DNA from: a virus | Lineage: Duplodnaviria > Caudoviricetes | Virus record (IMG/VR): IMGVR_UViG_3300035182_002389 | Coordinates: 64,001 to 128,000 of that record | DNA length: 64,000 nt | Strand: one strand, 5' to 3' | Shown here: piece after piece, positions 1 through 9,582 of the stretch | Layout of the letters: each line of letters opens with the position of its first letter | How positions within the stretch are numbered: the stretch's first letter is position 1 | The notes under the pieces: model-generated | What the model was told of the DNA's origin: nothing | Database searches by the model: none | Seen by the model: only the letters and a program-made list of their open reading frames with translations | Made by a program: the position numbers and the translations under genes

Positions 1-92
1 CTCCACGTCCGAAAAGACCCGCGCCGTGAGCGATCTTCTCGTCGAGCTGCGCGCGAAAAGTCGCACGAAGCGTCCGTGATATTCTTGCCCGC

Positions 93-287
93 ATGAGCAT
101 GATCGAGAATGGCCGCAAAGTCCGAAACTACATCCTCAAAGCCTTCCCGCGCGCCGCGTTCGCGAGCTACGCCTCCCGCGGCGACTTCGTCATCGAGATC
201 CGCCTCCCCGGCGCCCTCCAAGACAAAGAAGCCATCGAGTTCGCGAAGGCCATCGGCACCGACCCACGACAGAGTTCGCTCTTCTAA
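93..287 (+). CDS. small hypothetical protein
   Basis: 64-aa ORF preceded by extended -10-like TGATATTCT ending 7 nt before the ATG. Confidence 0.55.
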   Translation: MSMIENGRKVRNYILKAFPRAAFASYASRGDFVIEIRLPGALQDKEAIEFAKAIGTDPRQSSLF

Positions 288-596
288 GAAGCCTCGCACT
301 TCTGACCTGAAGCCGCTGCCGGCGCCCGAGGATGACCCGAGCCTCACTCCACTGCCCCTGGAGGGGGCGGCGAAGGCGTGGGGCATTGCTGACTTCGAGC
401 AGGCGCTCGACGCGTCCTTTGCGGCGCTGAAGGCCATCCGTGCTGCGGCGAGCGGCACGTCGGGAGACATGGGCCCCGTCGGTATGAACGGCAGGGCGTT
501 GAACTACTCCTACTCCGAGATGGCGGAGTGGGGGATCCAGTACGCGGCGCTCATCGAGCAGGCGAAGGCCGCGCGGCGCGGCGCAAAAAAGGCCCC

Positions 597-806
597 ATGA
601 CGAGGGTCGACGCGGCGATCTGCGCGCTTATGACGACGGTGCTCGTCGTCGGCGCTCTCTACCTCGCGCATGGGGCGCACCCCTACGCGGCGGCCTTCGT
701 AGGCTTCATTGCTGGGCTGTTCGCGAACACGTTGTTTGACGGGCTGAGTGCATCAGGAGTCGCGACCTCGGGTCGCATGGAAGAGGGGCAACATGGCGAG
801 AAGTGA
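597..806 (+). CDS. small two-TM membrane protein
   Basis: MTRVDAAICALMTTVLVVGALYL...FVGFIAGLFANTLF; ATGA overlap with the upstream ORF stop. Confidence 0.6.
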   Translation: MTRVDAAICALMTTVLVVGALYLAHGAHPYAAAFVGFIAGLFANTLFDGLSASGVATSGRMEEGQHGEK

Positions 807-1464
807 GCTGACGGACATCACCTTCGTCCTCGACCGTTCGGGGTCGATGGGCACGATCAAGGCCGACACCATCGGCGGGTTCAACCAGTTCCTCGAAGAC
901 CAGAAGAAGGCGGCTGGCGAGGCGCTGATGACGCTGGTGCAGTTCGACGACCAGTACGAGGTGCACTACGCGGGCGTGCCGATCGCCGCGGTGAAATCGC
1001 TCAACAACGACACCTTCGTGCCGCGCGGGTGGACTGCTCTCTACGACGCCATCGGCAAGACCGTGGTCGCGACCGGCAAGCGCATCGCCTCGATGCCCGA
1101 GGCGCAGCGCCCCGGCAAGGTGCTCATCGTCATCATGACCGACGGCGGCGAGAACAAGAGCGTCGAGTTCGTGGGCGAAGCGGGCCGACTCGCCGTGAGC
1201 GAGCTGGTCAAGCACCAGATGGACAAGTACGCCTGGGCGTTCCTGTTCCTCGGCGCGAGCCTCGACGCCCCGAAGGTCGCCGAAGGGCTCGGCATGGGCT
1301 TCAACAACGCCGTCGCCTACACGGCGAGCGGCAAGGGCGTGCAGAGCGTCATGCGGGGCGTGAGCCGCGGCACGGCGAACCTGCGGAGCGCCACGGGGCC
1401 CGTCGACAACCAGAACTTCACGAGCGCCTACATGAACCCGGACGACCCGCCGGCGAAACCGTAG
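793..1464 (+). CDS. von Willebrand factor A (vWA) domain protein
   Basis: MIDAS motif DRSGS (ITFVLDRSGSM), then TALYDAIG and IVIMTDG; SD GAGGGG upstream. Confidence 0.9.
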   Translation: MARSELTDITFVLDRSGSMGTIKADTIGGFNQFLEDQKKAAGEALMTLVQFDDQYEVHYAGVPIAAVKSLNNDTFVPRGWTALYDAIGKTVVATGKRIASMPEAQRPGKVLIVIMTDGGENKSVEFVGEAGRLAVSELVKHQMDKYAWAFLFLGASLDAPKVAEGLGMGFNNAVAYTASGKGVQSVMRGVSRGTANLRSATGPVDNQNFTSAYMNPDDPPAKP

Positions 1465-1564
1465 CGATCGGCTTACCGCAAGTTGCTCCTTCCGACCATG
1501 ATCGATACCCTCATGCGAAACACGACGCCCGCTCCTTGGGCGCGCGAAACGAAGGGTGCCGATC

Positions 1565-2506
1565 ATGGCCGCGAAGAAGTCTGCGAAGAAGAAGACCGCC
1601 AAGAAGAAGGCGAAGAGCGCGAAGAAGCCGGCCGTGACGATGGCCGAGCGAGCGAAGGCCTCCAAGGCCCGCGCGCGCGCGAGGGCCCGCGGCAAGGCTT
1701 CGCGCAAGAGCAAGCGAGAGGCGGCGAGCCAAGATGCCGTGACGCTGAAGACGGTCGTGAACGCGCGCGGTGAGCGCGTCCCGGTCGATGCGAAGGGTTG
1801 GCCCGTCGGCACCTCGGCTTGGACGGCCCCTGCACACGCGACCAAGGGCACGGCGAAGAAGCACTGGATCAACTCGTACAAGCCGATCCGTGTGCCGCCG
1901 GCGAAGCGCGACGGCAACTTCTACTGGCTCACCGACAAGAACCAGATCGTCTACAACGCGACGGGCCTGCTCACCGAGACGCTCGCCTACGCGAAGCCCG
2001 AGGTCGCGAAACGCGTCATGCACCACGCAACCAAGGCCGCGAAGGCTTGGGCGAAGAAGTCCGCGGCGAAGATCGCGAAGCTCGCGAAGTCCGAGGGCAA
2101 GTCGACCATCGCGAAGGTGAAGCCCGCGAAGCGCACGGCGAAGAAGACCGCGAAGAAGACCGCCAAGAAGACCGCCCACCAAGGCCGCGTCCATCCGACC
2201 GCGGCAGTGAACGACAGGCCGCGCTACTGGATGCGCGTCGGCGGCAAGCTGAAGCCGAGCGGCGGCAAGGCGATGGGCATCTTCCCCCACGACAAGTGGG
2301 CCGTGACCTACCTGCTCGCGGGTGAAGACCCGAAGCGCGACGTGGGCGTGCTCTTCGTCAGCGCTCGCAAGAACACTGGCGCGAAGCGGGCGGCCAAAGC
2401 GAAGCTTGGCAAGACCCACAAGGGCTTCCGCATCCTCGCCGCGTTCTCGCCTGCTGTGTACGAGCGCAAGCGGGCCAAGGAGCGCGGGGTCATCATCCGC
2501 GACTGA
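1565..2506 (+). CDS. Lys/Ala-rich histone H1-like basic protein
   Basis: AAKKSAKKKTAKKK and AKRTAKKTAKKTAKKT repeats separated by globular segments. Confidence 0.75.
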   Translation: MAAKKSAKKKTAKKKAKSAKKPAVTMAERAKASKARARARARGKASRKSKREAASQDAVTLKTVVNARGERVPVDAKGWPVGTSAWTAPAHATKGTAKKHWINSYKPIRVPPAKRDGNFYWLTDKNQIVYNATGLLTETLAYAKPEVAKRVMHHATKAAKAWAKKSAAKIAKLAKSEGKSTIAKVKPAKRTAKKTAKKTAKKTAHQGRVHPTAAVNDRPRYWMRVGGKLKPSGGKAMGIFPHDKWAVTYLLAGEDPKRDVGVLFVSARKNTGAKRAAKAKLGKTHKGFRILAAFSPAVYERKRAKERGVIIRD

Positions 2507-2992
2507 CTAGCGACGCGCGCTCCGCCAGCGCCGCACGATGACAGGCACATGGGTGAGCCGGTCGTGCAGCGCGGCGTTGTAGCGGTGGATGCCGTCGTTC
2601 AGGTGCAGCAGCTTGTCCTTGCTGTTGGTCTGGTCGCCAGGGACGACATCGAGAGCGGGCAAGGGGATGCCCGCCTCGATGGCTTCGAGGGCCCTCTGTA
2701 GCCGCTCGGGCTTCCAGACCTTCTCGGGCGCGATCGCGCGAACGTCGGCCCACGTGAAGAACGCACGCTCGTAGAGGCCGTGGCTCACGATGGAGTCGCG
2801 GACAGCCTCCGGGTCGTTGATGTTGTTCAGACGGCGCTGGGCGTCCTGGGCGTCCAAGGCGAACGTGCGCGAGCCCTTCGGGGGCGGCGCGATGTCGGGG
2901 GTCGGGATCGGGGGCCTCGGACGGCGCATGCCAGCGATCCTACGCGATCGGTGCGCTTTTGCGGCCGAAACTGCATTATGAGGTACATGCAC
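2507..2992 (-). CDS. ParB/Srx-like domain protein
   Basis: C-terminal PLPALDV...LNDGIHRYNAA...VPVIV (DGxHR motif). Confidence 0.65.
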   Translation of the reverse strand: MHVPHNAVSAAKAHRSRRIAGMRRPRPPIPTPDIAPPPKGSRTFALDAQDAQRRLNNINDPEAVRDSIVSHGLYERAFFTWADVRAIAPEKVWKPERLQRALEAIEAGIPLPALDVVPGDQTNSKDKLLHLNDGIHRYNAALHDRLTHVPVIVRRWRSARR

Positions 2993-3016
2993 TTGACAGA
3001 TGATGTACGTTGTGAG
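2993..3016 (+). promoter_or_regulatory. early-type promoter motif, copy 1
   Basis: TTGACA-GATGATGTAC-GTTGTG; aligns with the copies at 3432 and 12095. Confidence 0.55.
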
Positions 3017-3116
3017 AGTCTCGGATTCGCAATGAGGCGTGGCCGGGATAGGTCCGGCGGGCCAAGGCGAGGCGAGATTCGGCGAGGCTCCCTTCGGGGA
3101 GAGGACAGGTCAGGCC

Positions 3117-3338
3117 ATGAGCAGGAAGTATTACAGCGTCGAGGTAAGCCTCAAGGTGGCCTTCTTCGTCGATGGTGAGGCGGACGATGTTGCCATTCGC
3201 GACACTGTCGTTCAGGAGCTTTCAGAGGAGATGCACGACGTCGACTTCATGAAGCTCTACGACTTCGAGCCGCCTCCGTGGAAAGAGATCACGCGCAGGG
3301 AGGCTCACGAGATCGGGCTCGCCCACGAAGAGCGCTAG
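3117..3338 (+). CDS. hypothetical protein
   Basis: MSRKYYSVEVSLKVAFF...; acidic, coding-like codon use. Confidence 0.65.
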   Translation: MSRKYYSVEVSLKVAFFVDGEADDVAIRDTVVQELSEEMHDVDFMKLYDFEPPPWKEITRREAHEIGLAHEER

Positions 3339-3376
3339 CTGAGGAGAGTCGAGGGTGAGGGCCGCTTCGGGCGGCA

Positions 3377-3391
3377 GGCTTGCGATAAGCC
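3377..3391. promoter_or_regulatory. dyad motif GGCTT-N5-AAGCC
   Basis: GGCTTGCGATAAGCC, intergenic. Confidence 0.7.
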
Positions 3392-3431
3392 GAAGACGAC
3401 GACGGCGCAAAACGCGCCGAAAACGAATCGT

Positions 3432-3455
3432 TGGACAGGTTATGTACTTTGTGTG
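3432..3455 (+). promoter_or_regulatory. early-type promoter motif, copy 2
   Basis: TGGACA-GGTTATGTAC-TTTGTG upstream of the helicase. Confidence 0.5.
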
Positions 3456-3518
3456 AAGCTCGCATCATTCTCGGCGTCGGCCCGCTGTGGACTCGACCCG
3501 AACCAGAGGAGCGACAAT

Positions 3519-5030
3519 ATGAGCGAGCAGATGTCCCTGACGGGGACAGATACAGGCGCGGCCGTGGACGCCGCGCGCACGTGGAGCCCGTACCAAAAGG
3601 CGGTGTTCCACTTCGTGCAGTTCGGAAAAGGGAACGCGGTCGTCCGCGCGGTGCCGGGGTCGGGCAAGACGACCACCATCGTCGAAGCGGCGAAGCTCGT
3701 TCCGCCCGGCAAGAAAGCCGCCTTCGTCGCCTTCAACGGCAAGATCGCCGAAGAGCTGAAGAAGCGTCTGCCTCGGGGCGTTCCGGCAATGACGACGCAC
3801 AGCTTCGGCCTTCGCGCGCTTCGCAACGTGAGGCCGCAGACGCAGGTGAAGCTCGACAAGGGCGACAAGATCGTCCGCAGCATCCTCGAAGGCTGGGACA
3901 ACAACCGGCGCATCGAAGACGTCGAGCAGGACCCGTACGCGTCCTACGACAACTTCCGCCTCGTGCGAAAGGCGGTGGGACTCGCGAAGGGGATGCTGCG
4001 TCACCGTTCGACCTTCCTCGACATGCTCGACGAGTTCGAGCTGGAGTCGAAGAATCTGACGGCCGACCAAATCTCGGAGGCCGTTCTTCGCACGATGCTC
4101 CAGAGCCGCGAAGACGAAGAGACGGCCGACTACGACGACATGATCTGGCTGCCGTGCATCAAGAAGGTGCCGGTCCCGAAGTTCGACTACATCTTCGTCG
4201 ACGAGACGCAGGACCTGAACGCGTCGAAGATCCACCTCGTGCTCAAGGCGGCCGAGGGCGGGAGGGTCATCGCGGTCGGCGACCCGCGCCAGTCGATCTA
4301 CAGCTTCGCCGGCGCCGACGTGAACACGATGGAGCGCGTGCAAGAGGCGCTGAACGCTGAAGTCTTGCCGCTCAGCGTGTCGTACCGCTGCGCAAAGAGC
4401 ATCGTGCGCGAGGCGCAGCGCATCGAGGCGACCATCGAGCACGCGGAGGGCGCCCCCGAGGGCCTCGTGCGCACGATCCGCATCGAGAAGATCGAGGGCG
4501 AGCTGCGCGGCGGCGATTTTGTCGTGAGCCGCTTGAACGCGCCCATCATCTCGCTCTGCTTCCGGCTCATCTCGCAAGGGCGCCCGGCGTACGTGCAAGG
4601 CCGCGAGATCGGCGCGAGCCTCAAGACCACGATCGACAAGAGCAAGGCCGAGACGGTCGAAGACCTCTTGAAGTTCATCGGCGAGTGGCACACCAAAGAG
4701 ATCCAGCGGCTCACGGCCAAGGGCGTCTCGACGGACTCGGTCGACGACCGCCGCGCGTGCATCGAGGCGCTCGCCGAGGAGAAGGCCGACATCTGGGAGG
4801 TCTACGAGGCCATCGACCGCGTGTTCGCGGACGCCGAGGACTCGGCGAAGATTCGCCTCTCCTCGGTCCATCGCGCGAAGGGGCTCGAAGCGAGCCGCGT
4901 CTTCGTTCTTCAGGACACCTTCTACCTCGAAGACACGATTGAGGAAGCGAACTTGGAGTACGTCGCCTTGACTCGCGCGAAGACCGAGCTGGTCTACGTG
5001 CAGGGCGTCAAAATCTACAAGGCGGGATGA
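3519..5030 (+). CDS. UvrD/Rep-like superfamily 1 helicase
   Basis: Walker A AVPGSGKTT, VDETQD, VGDPRQSIYSFAGA, LSVSYRC, SSVHRAKGLE, YVALTRAK. Confidence 0.93.
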   Translation: MSEQMSLTGTDTGAAVDAARTWSPYQKAVFHFVQFGKGNAVVRAVPGSGKTTTIVEAAKLVPPGKKAAFVAFNGKIAEELKKRLPRGVPAMTTHSFGLRALRNVRPQTQVKLDKGDKIVRSILEGWDNNRRIEDVEQDPYASYDNFRLVRKAVGLAKGMLRHRSTFLDMLDEFELESKNLTADQISEAVLRTMLQSREDEETADYDDMIWLPCIKKVPVPKFDYIFVDETQDLNASKIHLVLKAAEGGRVIAVGDPRQSIYSFAGADVNTMERVQEALNAEVLPLSVSYRCAKSIVREAQRIEATIEHAEGAPEGLVRTIRIEKIEGELRGGDFVVSRLNAPIISLCFRLISQGRPAYVQGREIGASLKTTIDKSKAETVEDLLKFIGEWHTKEIQRLTAKGVSTDSVDDRRACIEALAEEKADIWEVYEAIDRVFADAEDSAKIRLSSVHRAKGLEASRVFVLQDTFYLEDTIEEANLEYVALTRAKTELVYVQGVKIYKAG

Positions 5031-5033
5031 CCC

Positions 5034-5438
5034 GTGAAGCCGATTCTGATCCGCACGTTCGAGAACATCACGCTCCGGTACGACTCGCGGTGCATGAACT
5101 GTCGCGAGCGCATCCTTCGCCAGAATCGCGCTTGGCGCGGTCAAGGGCGAGGAAAGATGCTTTGCACGCCGTGCCACACTGAGATCATCGAACAGCTCTA
5201 TCCGAGCACGTGCTCGTGGGCGCTTACGATCGTACACGTGACCATGTCGCCGATGATGCTTACCAAACACCGCCTGGCCGCCGTTCGATGCGGCAAGGCG
5301 CGCGTGTTCCGGCAGGACGAATACGTTTGCGAGCGGGCGAAAGACCACACGGGGCCCCATTCCAAGCTTCTCGATGCGAACACGGTTGCCGACTGGCTCG
5401 ACGCTGAAGAGCAAGCCGTGTCGGCGGAGGTGCCGTGA
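5034..5438 (+). CDS. Cys-rich (zinc-finger-like) hypothetical protein
   Basis: CMNC, CTPC and C-x9-C-x5-H motifs. Confidence 0.6.
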   Translation: MKPILIRTFENITLRYDSRCMNCRERILRQNRAWRGQGRGKMLCTPCHTEIIEQLYPSTCSWALTIVHVTMSPMMLTKHRLAAVRCGKARVFRQDEYVCERAKDHTGPHSKLLDANTVADWLDAEEQAVSAEVP

Positions 5439-5905
5439 TGGGAACCTATCTCCACATCGCGTACGAGGCTTGGGACAAGTCGGAGAACGCGTGGCGCCAC
5501 CACTTCCACAACGAGCAGGACGGCTCGGCCGACAACCACCCGTTCTACACGGCGTTCAAGAACTACCCGCTCCACTTCTTCTTCCGCCTGCTCGCGGACG
5601 GCGAGCCGTACGACACGCCGTCGCTCCTGCCCGCCTACCCGGAAGAGGGTTTCACGTACAAGTGGCCGTACGCGGCCTCACCCGAGACCTGGAACGCGCT
5701 CGGCGGCGAATCCGACGGCGCGTACATCGCGACGCTCGGCGCTATCTTCGCGCGCATGAAGGTCCTCGACGCGCACGTCGGCGAAGAGGTCTGCAAGGTC
5801 ATGCGAGCCCCCGAGGTCGCCCTCTACCGCGAGCGCGTCCTCACCGTCTTCGCGGCCATGGTCCCGATGCCCTCCTACGGGCGTCTGCTTTGGAGGTTCT
5901 CGTGA
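5438..5905 (+). CDS. hypothetical protein
   Basis: MGTYLHIAYEAWDK...; start overlaps the upstream stop (TGATG). Confidence 0.65.
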   Translation: MGTYLHIAYEAWDKSENAWRHHFHNEQDGSADNHPFYTAFKNYPLHFFFRLLADGEPYDTPSLLPAYPEEGFTYKWPYAASPETWNALGGESDGAYIATLGAIFARMKVLDAHVGEEVCKVMRAPEVALYRERVLTVFAAMVPMPSYGRLLWRFS

Positions 5906-6330
5906 GCCGATCCCCCGATTGCCTCGGTTGTCGAGGCGTGGAACCTGACCTCTGCGGCGAGTGCATGGCGCACCGTTGGCGCGAGGAGGGGCGCGCGCGA
6001 GAGCGAGCCCAGGTGGGCGCTCTCTTCTGCCGAATGCTCGGCAAGGTGATGGACATGGAGGCCATCCGCCGGCTGCTCGACAGCGTGCCGAAGGGCGAGT
6101 GGAAGACGTGCTCCGAGGAGGGGCCGTTTCGCGGCACCAACCGCCAGACGCACTCGGTGTGCATCTACAAGGACGATTTCTCCGAGTCCGACGAAGAGCA
6201 CCAGTGCATCACGACGGGCGTCGGCGACGACGAGAAGAATGCCTACGCCGTCGCGAACTTCGTCGCCCAATCGCACACCATCCTCACCGACCTCTTGGCC
6301 CTCTACGACGGCAAACCAGAGGCGCCGTGA
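5902..6330 (+). CDS. hypothetical protein, paralog of 6327..6743
   Basis: GTGA coupling; CxxC..CxxC N-terminus; VPKGEW...EGP...AVANFVAQSH. Confidence 0.65.
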   Translation: MSRSPDCLGCRGVEPDLCGECMAHRWREEGRARERAQVGALFCRMLGKVMDMEAIRRLLDSVPKGEWKTCSEEGPFRGTNRQTHSVCIYKDDFSESDEEHQCITTGVGDDEKNAYAVANFVAQSHTILTDLLALYDGKPEAP

Positions 6331-6743
6331 CGGACTCCCCCTACTGGAAGGCCATGGCGAAGGGGCTTCACTGCGAGCCGAGCCCGGCCAAACCGTGCCC
6401 GCGGTGCGGAATGCCAACGCCTCGAAGCGTCTGCCTCGGGTGCGACAACAACGACCTGCGCCGCGAGCTGGACAAGGCCCGCGAGCTGCTGCGCCTCATC
6501 GACGCGTCCCAGATTCGCGCGATGCTCGCGAAGGTTCCCCAGGGCATCTGGGAGGCTGTGCAGGACGAAGGGCCGCCTCGGGGTCGTCGGATCGTGACGA
6601 CGAGCGTGTACGCGCGTCGGCACCAAGAGAAGCCCGAACAGGTCACCTTCGGCATCGGCACCGACCACAAGAAGGCGCGCGACATCGCCGATTTCATCGC
6701 GTACGCGCACATGACGCTCGTCACCCTCGGAGGCCGACTGTGA
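6327..6743 (+). CDS. hypothetical protein, paralog of 5902..6330
   Basis: GTGA coupling; CPRC..CLGC; VPQGIW...EGP...DIADFIAYAH. Confidence 0.65.
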   Translation: MTDSPYWKAMAKGLHCEPSPAKPCPRCGMPTPRSVCLGCDNNDLRRELDKARELLRLIDASQIRAMLAKVPQGIWEAVQDEGPPRGRRIVTTSVYARRHQEKPEQVTFGIGTDHKKARDIADFIAYAHMTLVTLGGRL

Positions 6744-7219
6744 GCCGCGGACCCAACACGCCCGGCAAGGTCGGCCGCCTTGCGCACGCGAAGTACCAAG
6801 GGGCTGCCGCGGAGAACGTCAGCCACGCCCAAGGGGCCTCGGCTTGGTCGGTCGGCGCCGAGCATCAGCGAGCCCTCGATCTTCACGACATCGATCGCTG
6901 TCTCGCTGAGCCTCGCTTGAGCCAGGGCGCGCACATGAAGCTGCGCGCGTGGAAGGAGTACCTCGCGAACGTTCCAACGCGAGCGCTCGCTGCCGGCAAC
7001 CGCGAGAACCTCGACCGCATGGTGAAGGTCGTCGAGATGTGGGCGGCCGGCGTCGAGGTCGTGAGCGATCTCGAAAAGAACCAGAAGCGCTGCGCGCTCG
7101 GCCGCATCCACAACGCCGAGGTGCGCCGCGCGAGCAACGCGGTGATGGACCGAGCGTTCGCGAAACCCGGCGAAGCTCCCCGTCCCCCGCGGCGCGCCAC
7201 CTCCGACAACGACGACTGA
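6740..7219 (+). CDS. hypothetical protein
   Basis: GTGA coupling; helical coding-like ORF. Confidence 0.55.
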   Translation: MSRGPNTPGKVGRLAHAKYQGAAAENVSHAQGASAWSVGAEHQRALDLHDIDRCLAEPRLSQGAHMKLRAWKEYLANVPTRALAAGNRENLDRMVKVVEMWAAGVEVVSDLEKNQKRCALGRIHNAEVRRASNAVMDRAFAKPGEAPRPPRRATSDNDD

Positions 7220-7227
7220 GGCCTTCG

Positions 7228-7527
7228 ATGAAGCCCTACGGCTACTACAACATGAATCTCATGTACGAGACGAGCTGCTCGCGCTGCCTTCAGCCGCTCG
7301 GGCGAGGCGCTCGCGTCTGGTACAGTAAATCGCTCGGCCAGGCGCTCTGCCCCGACTGCTTCGTCGTCGAATACCCGACCGACGAGGTGAAGATCCGACC
7401 GCAGGATCTGACGCCCGTCGAGATCCAGATCAGGGACGCTCCCTCGCGCTCGATGGCCCGGCGCCTCGCCGAACAAGCAGGTCTGCCGCCGCCTCGGTTC
7501 GAGAGCGCCCCAAAGAAAGAGGAGTGA
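7228..7527 (+). CDS. zinc-finger-like hypothetical protein
   Basis: CSRC...CPDC. Confidence 0.55.
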   Translation: MKPYGYYNMNLMYETSCSRCLQPLGRGARVWYSKSLGQALCPDCFVVEYPTDEVKIRPQDLTPVEIQIRDAPSRSMARRLAEQAGLPPPRFESAPKKEE

Positions 7528-7529
7528 GC

Positions 7530-7703
7530 ATGCTCGTGAAGGTCCAGTTCGTGATGGAGGTCGAGGTCGATCACCCCGGAGACGAAGAGGAGGCGTACGA
7601 CTACGTGAGCGACGAGCTGGAGCAGCGCGTCTGCACGGCAAAGGACCCCAGCGTCAACGTGATGCGCATCCACTCCTCACTGCTGCCGAAAGGGAAGGTC
7701 TGA
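7530..7703 (+). CDS. small acidic hypothetical protein (57 aa, below the ORF-track cutoff)
   Basis: SD GAGGAG; MLVKVQFVMEVEVDHPGDEEE...KGKV-stop, translated by hand. Confidence 0.6.
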   Translation: MLVKVQFVMEVEVDHPGDEEEAYDYVSDELEQRVCTAKDPSVNVMRIHSSLLPKGKV

Positions 7704-7706
7704 ATC

Positions 7707-8252
7707 ATGGCCGAAGGTCTCAACCGCGTGCTTCTCATCGGCAACCTCGGCGCGGACCCGGAGCTGCGCTACGGACAGGGCTCGGGCAACGCGTTCCTCA
7801 CGCTCCGCATCGCGACGTCGGAGAGCTACTTCGACAAGCGCAGCAACGAGCGGCGCGAGAAGACGGAGTGGCACGACGTGACGCTGTTCGGCAACGCGGC
7901 CGAACCGCTCAGCAAGTTTCTGCGTAAGGGGCGCCAGGTCTTCGTCGAGGGGCGCTTGGAGACCAGTAACTACGAGAAGGACGGGCAGAAGCACTATCGT
8001 ACGCGCGTCATCGCGTCGCGCGTGACGCTGCTCGGCTCCGCACCTTCGCGCGAGGATTCGCCCTCGCCTCGGCCCGACCCGAGCCGGCGCGCGCCGGTGA
8101 CCTCGCAGCGCCGCGAGCCGCCGGACCTCGGCGATTACGATCCGCACGGCGACTACGGCACGCGAGGCGCTCCCGCGCTGCCGAAGGGACCTGCGCGTGA
8201 CGACGATTTCCCGACGCCGTTCGACGGCGACGAAGACGACATCGCCTTCTAG
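7707..8252 (+). CDS. ssb: single-stranded DNA-binding protein
   Basis: LNRVLLIGNLGADPELRY...TEWHDV...GRQVFVEGRL; acidic C-terminal tail DDDIAF. Confidence 0.95.
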   Translation: MAEGLNRVLLIGNLGADPELRYGQGSGNAFLTLRIATSESYFDKRSNERREKTEWHDVTLFGNAAEPLSKFLRKGRQVFVEGRLETSNYEKDGQKHYRTRVIASRVTLLGSAPSREDSPSPRPDPSRRAPVTSQRREPPDLGDYDPHGDYGTRGAPALPKGPARDDDFPTPFDGDEDDIAF

Positions 8253-8259
8253 GAGCGCC

Positions 8260-9045
8260 ATGAGCACCCGTTCGCGTGAAGCCATCGCCATCGAGGGGCG
8301 CCTGACCGCCTATCAGACGCCCGCGCGCAGAGAGGCCATCGCAACCCTTCCCTCGGACGCGCGCAGCGGGTTCACGCTCCTCGATGGCGCCGTGCCCGTA
8401 TCCGCCGGCGAAACGGCGCTCGTGCTCAGTACGCGTGAGCTGGACGCGCTCGCGCCGTTCGAGCCGACCTCGACGCGCATGCGCAACTTCTACGCGTGGG
8501 CGAAGAGGGACTGTGCGACGAGCCGTGCGACGAGCCGTGCGCTGCACGCCGCGCGCACGAAGACGGGCGGCTTCTACGTCTGGTTCTGCTCGACCGACGA
8601 GGCGCTCGCGTTCCTGCGCCTCATCGAAGCCGCCGCTTGGAAGCAGCTCCTGCAAGCGATGACGGACGCCGACAAGACAGGCGTGCACGAGGCCGCGTTC
8701 TGGCTCCAGCGCGCCTCTCAGAACCCCGTGGCGTGGCTCCTTGCGGCAGAAGCGCTCGCGAACGCGGGCCTCGACAGGTACGCCGAGACGCTCTCGTCCC
8801 TCGCGCGTGCGCAGGCGCCCGAGGCGTGCGCGGTCATCGACATGCTGATGATCCACCGCGCCGAGGAGGCCGAAGTCGACCCTCGCTACGCTTCAGCGCC
8901 CGCCGACCGTGAAGCGGACATGCGTCGAGCGTTCGCGCGGCGCGAGGCGTGGCGCAAGCTTCACTGCGAGCCCGCGTGCGACGGCGTGTGGGGCACGGGC
9001 TGCAAGGGATGCCACGAGGCCATCCCGGAAGACTTCGAGGGTTGA
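8260..9045 (+). CDS. hypothetical protein
   Basis: SD AGGAG; 261-aa helical ORF with C-terminal Cys cluster. Confidence 0.6.
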   Translation: MSTRSREAIAIEGRLTAYQTPARREAIATLPSDARSGFTLLDGAVPVSAGETALVLSTRELDALAPFEPTSTRMRNFYAWAKRDCATSRATSRALHAARTKTGGFYVWFCSTDEALAFLRLIEAAAWKQLLQAMTDADKTGVHEAAFWLQRASQNPVAWLLAAEALANAGLDRYAETLSSLARAQAPEACAVIDMLMIHRAEEAEVDPRYASAPADREADMRRAFARREAWRKLHCEPACDGVWGTGCKGCHEAIPEDFEG

Positions 9046-9048
9046 ACG

Positions 9049-9303
9049 ATGGCTTGCGACAAGTCACCAGACCGCGCGCACGTCTCAGGGCGCGCGGAGA
9101 CCGACGAGGAGAAGCGAGCCATCCTCGGCCACATCTACGAGGCGTGGATCAAGGTGCCGACGGCGCGCCTCGGCCAAGTCATCGTCGCGAGGGTGCCCGG
9201 CGTGTACCCCAACGCCTCGCTCTTCTACATCGAGGACGAGAGGCTCGCGTCCGAGATCGAGGATGACGCGACGCTCACCGAGAAGCTGATCGGCGGCAGA
9301 TAG
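9049..9303 (+). CDS. hypothetical protein
   Basis: ...RLGQVI...LFYIEDERL; typical small phage protein composition. Confidence 0.65.
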   Translation: MACDKSPDRAHVSGRAETDEEKRAILGHIYEAWIKVPTARLGQVIVARVPGVYPNASLFYIEDERLASEIEDDATLTEKLIGGR

Positions 9304-9579
9304 ATGCCCGCCGTACTTCTCAAGTTCGAGGACATCGCCCCGCGGCACGTGGCGCTCTTGCGCGAGACGGCGCGCAGAGCCCACAAGCTCTACTACCCCG
9401 ACCGATGGGCGAGCCGAGATGCAGAAGACATTGCCGCGTGGAAGCTCCTGATGGATCGAGGGCTCATCGAGAAGAAGGAGGGGACCATCGCGACCGGCGA
9501 GACTCCTTGGCAGCCCGTCGAATACCTCGACGCTGCCGATGCCGGCCACAAGTTGCTCGAAGCCTACCGCCCGAGGTGA
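9304..9579 (+). CDS. hypothetical protein (possible winged-helix)
   Basis: abuts upstream stop; LMDRGLIEK motif. Confidence 0.6.
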   Translation: MPAVLLKFEDIAPRHVALLRETARRAHKLYYPDRWASRDAEDIAAWKLLMDRGLIEKKEGTIATGETPWQPVEYLDAADAGHKLLEAYRPR

Positions 9580-9582
9580 GCC

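Noticed and set aside
109-600. 163-aa ORF as a full gene
   Set aside because: The N-terminal half overlaps 93..287 and is low-complexity. The 3' part may be real (ATGA coupling at 597), but I could not fix a start.
2507-2992. Plasmid partition (parABS) locus
   Set aside because: There is no ParA, no HTH region and no parS array nearby.
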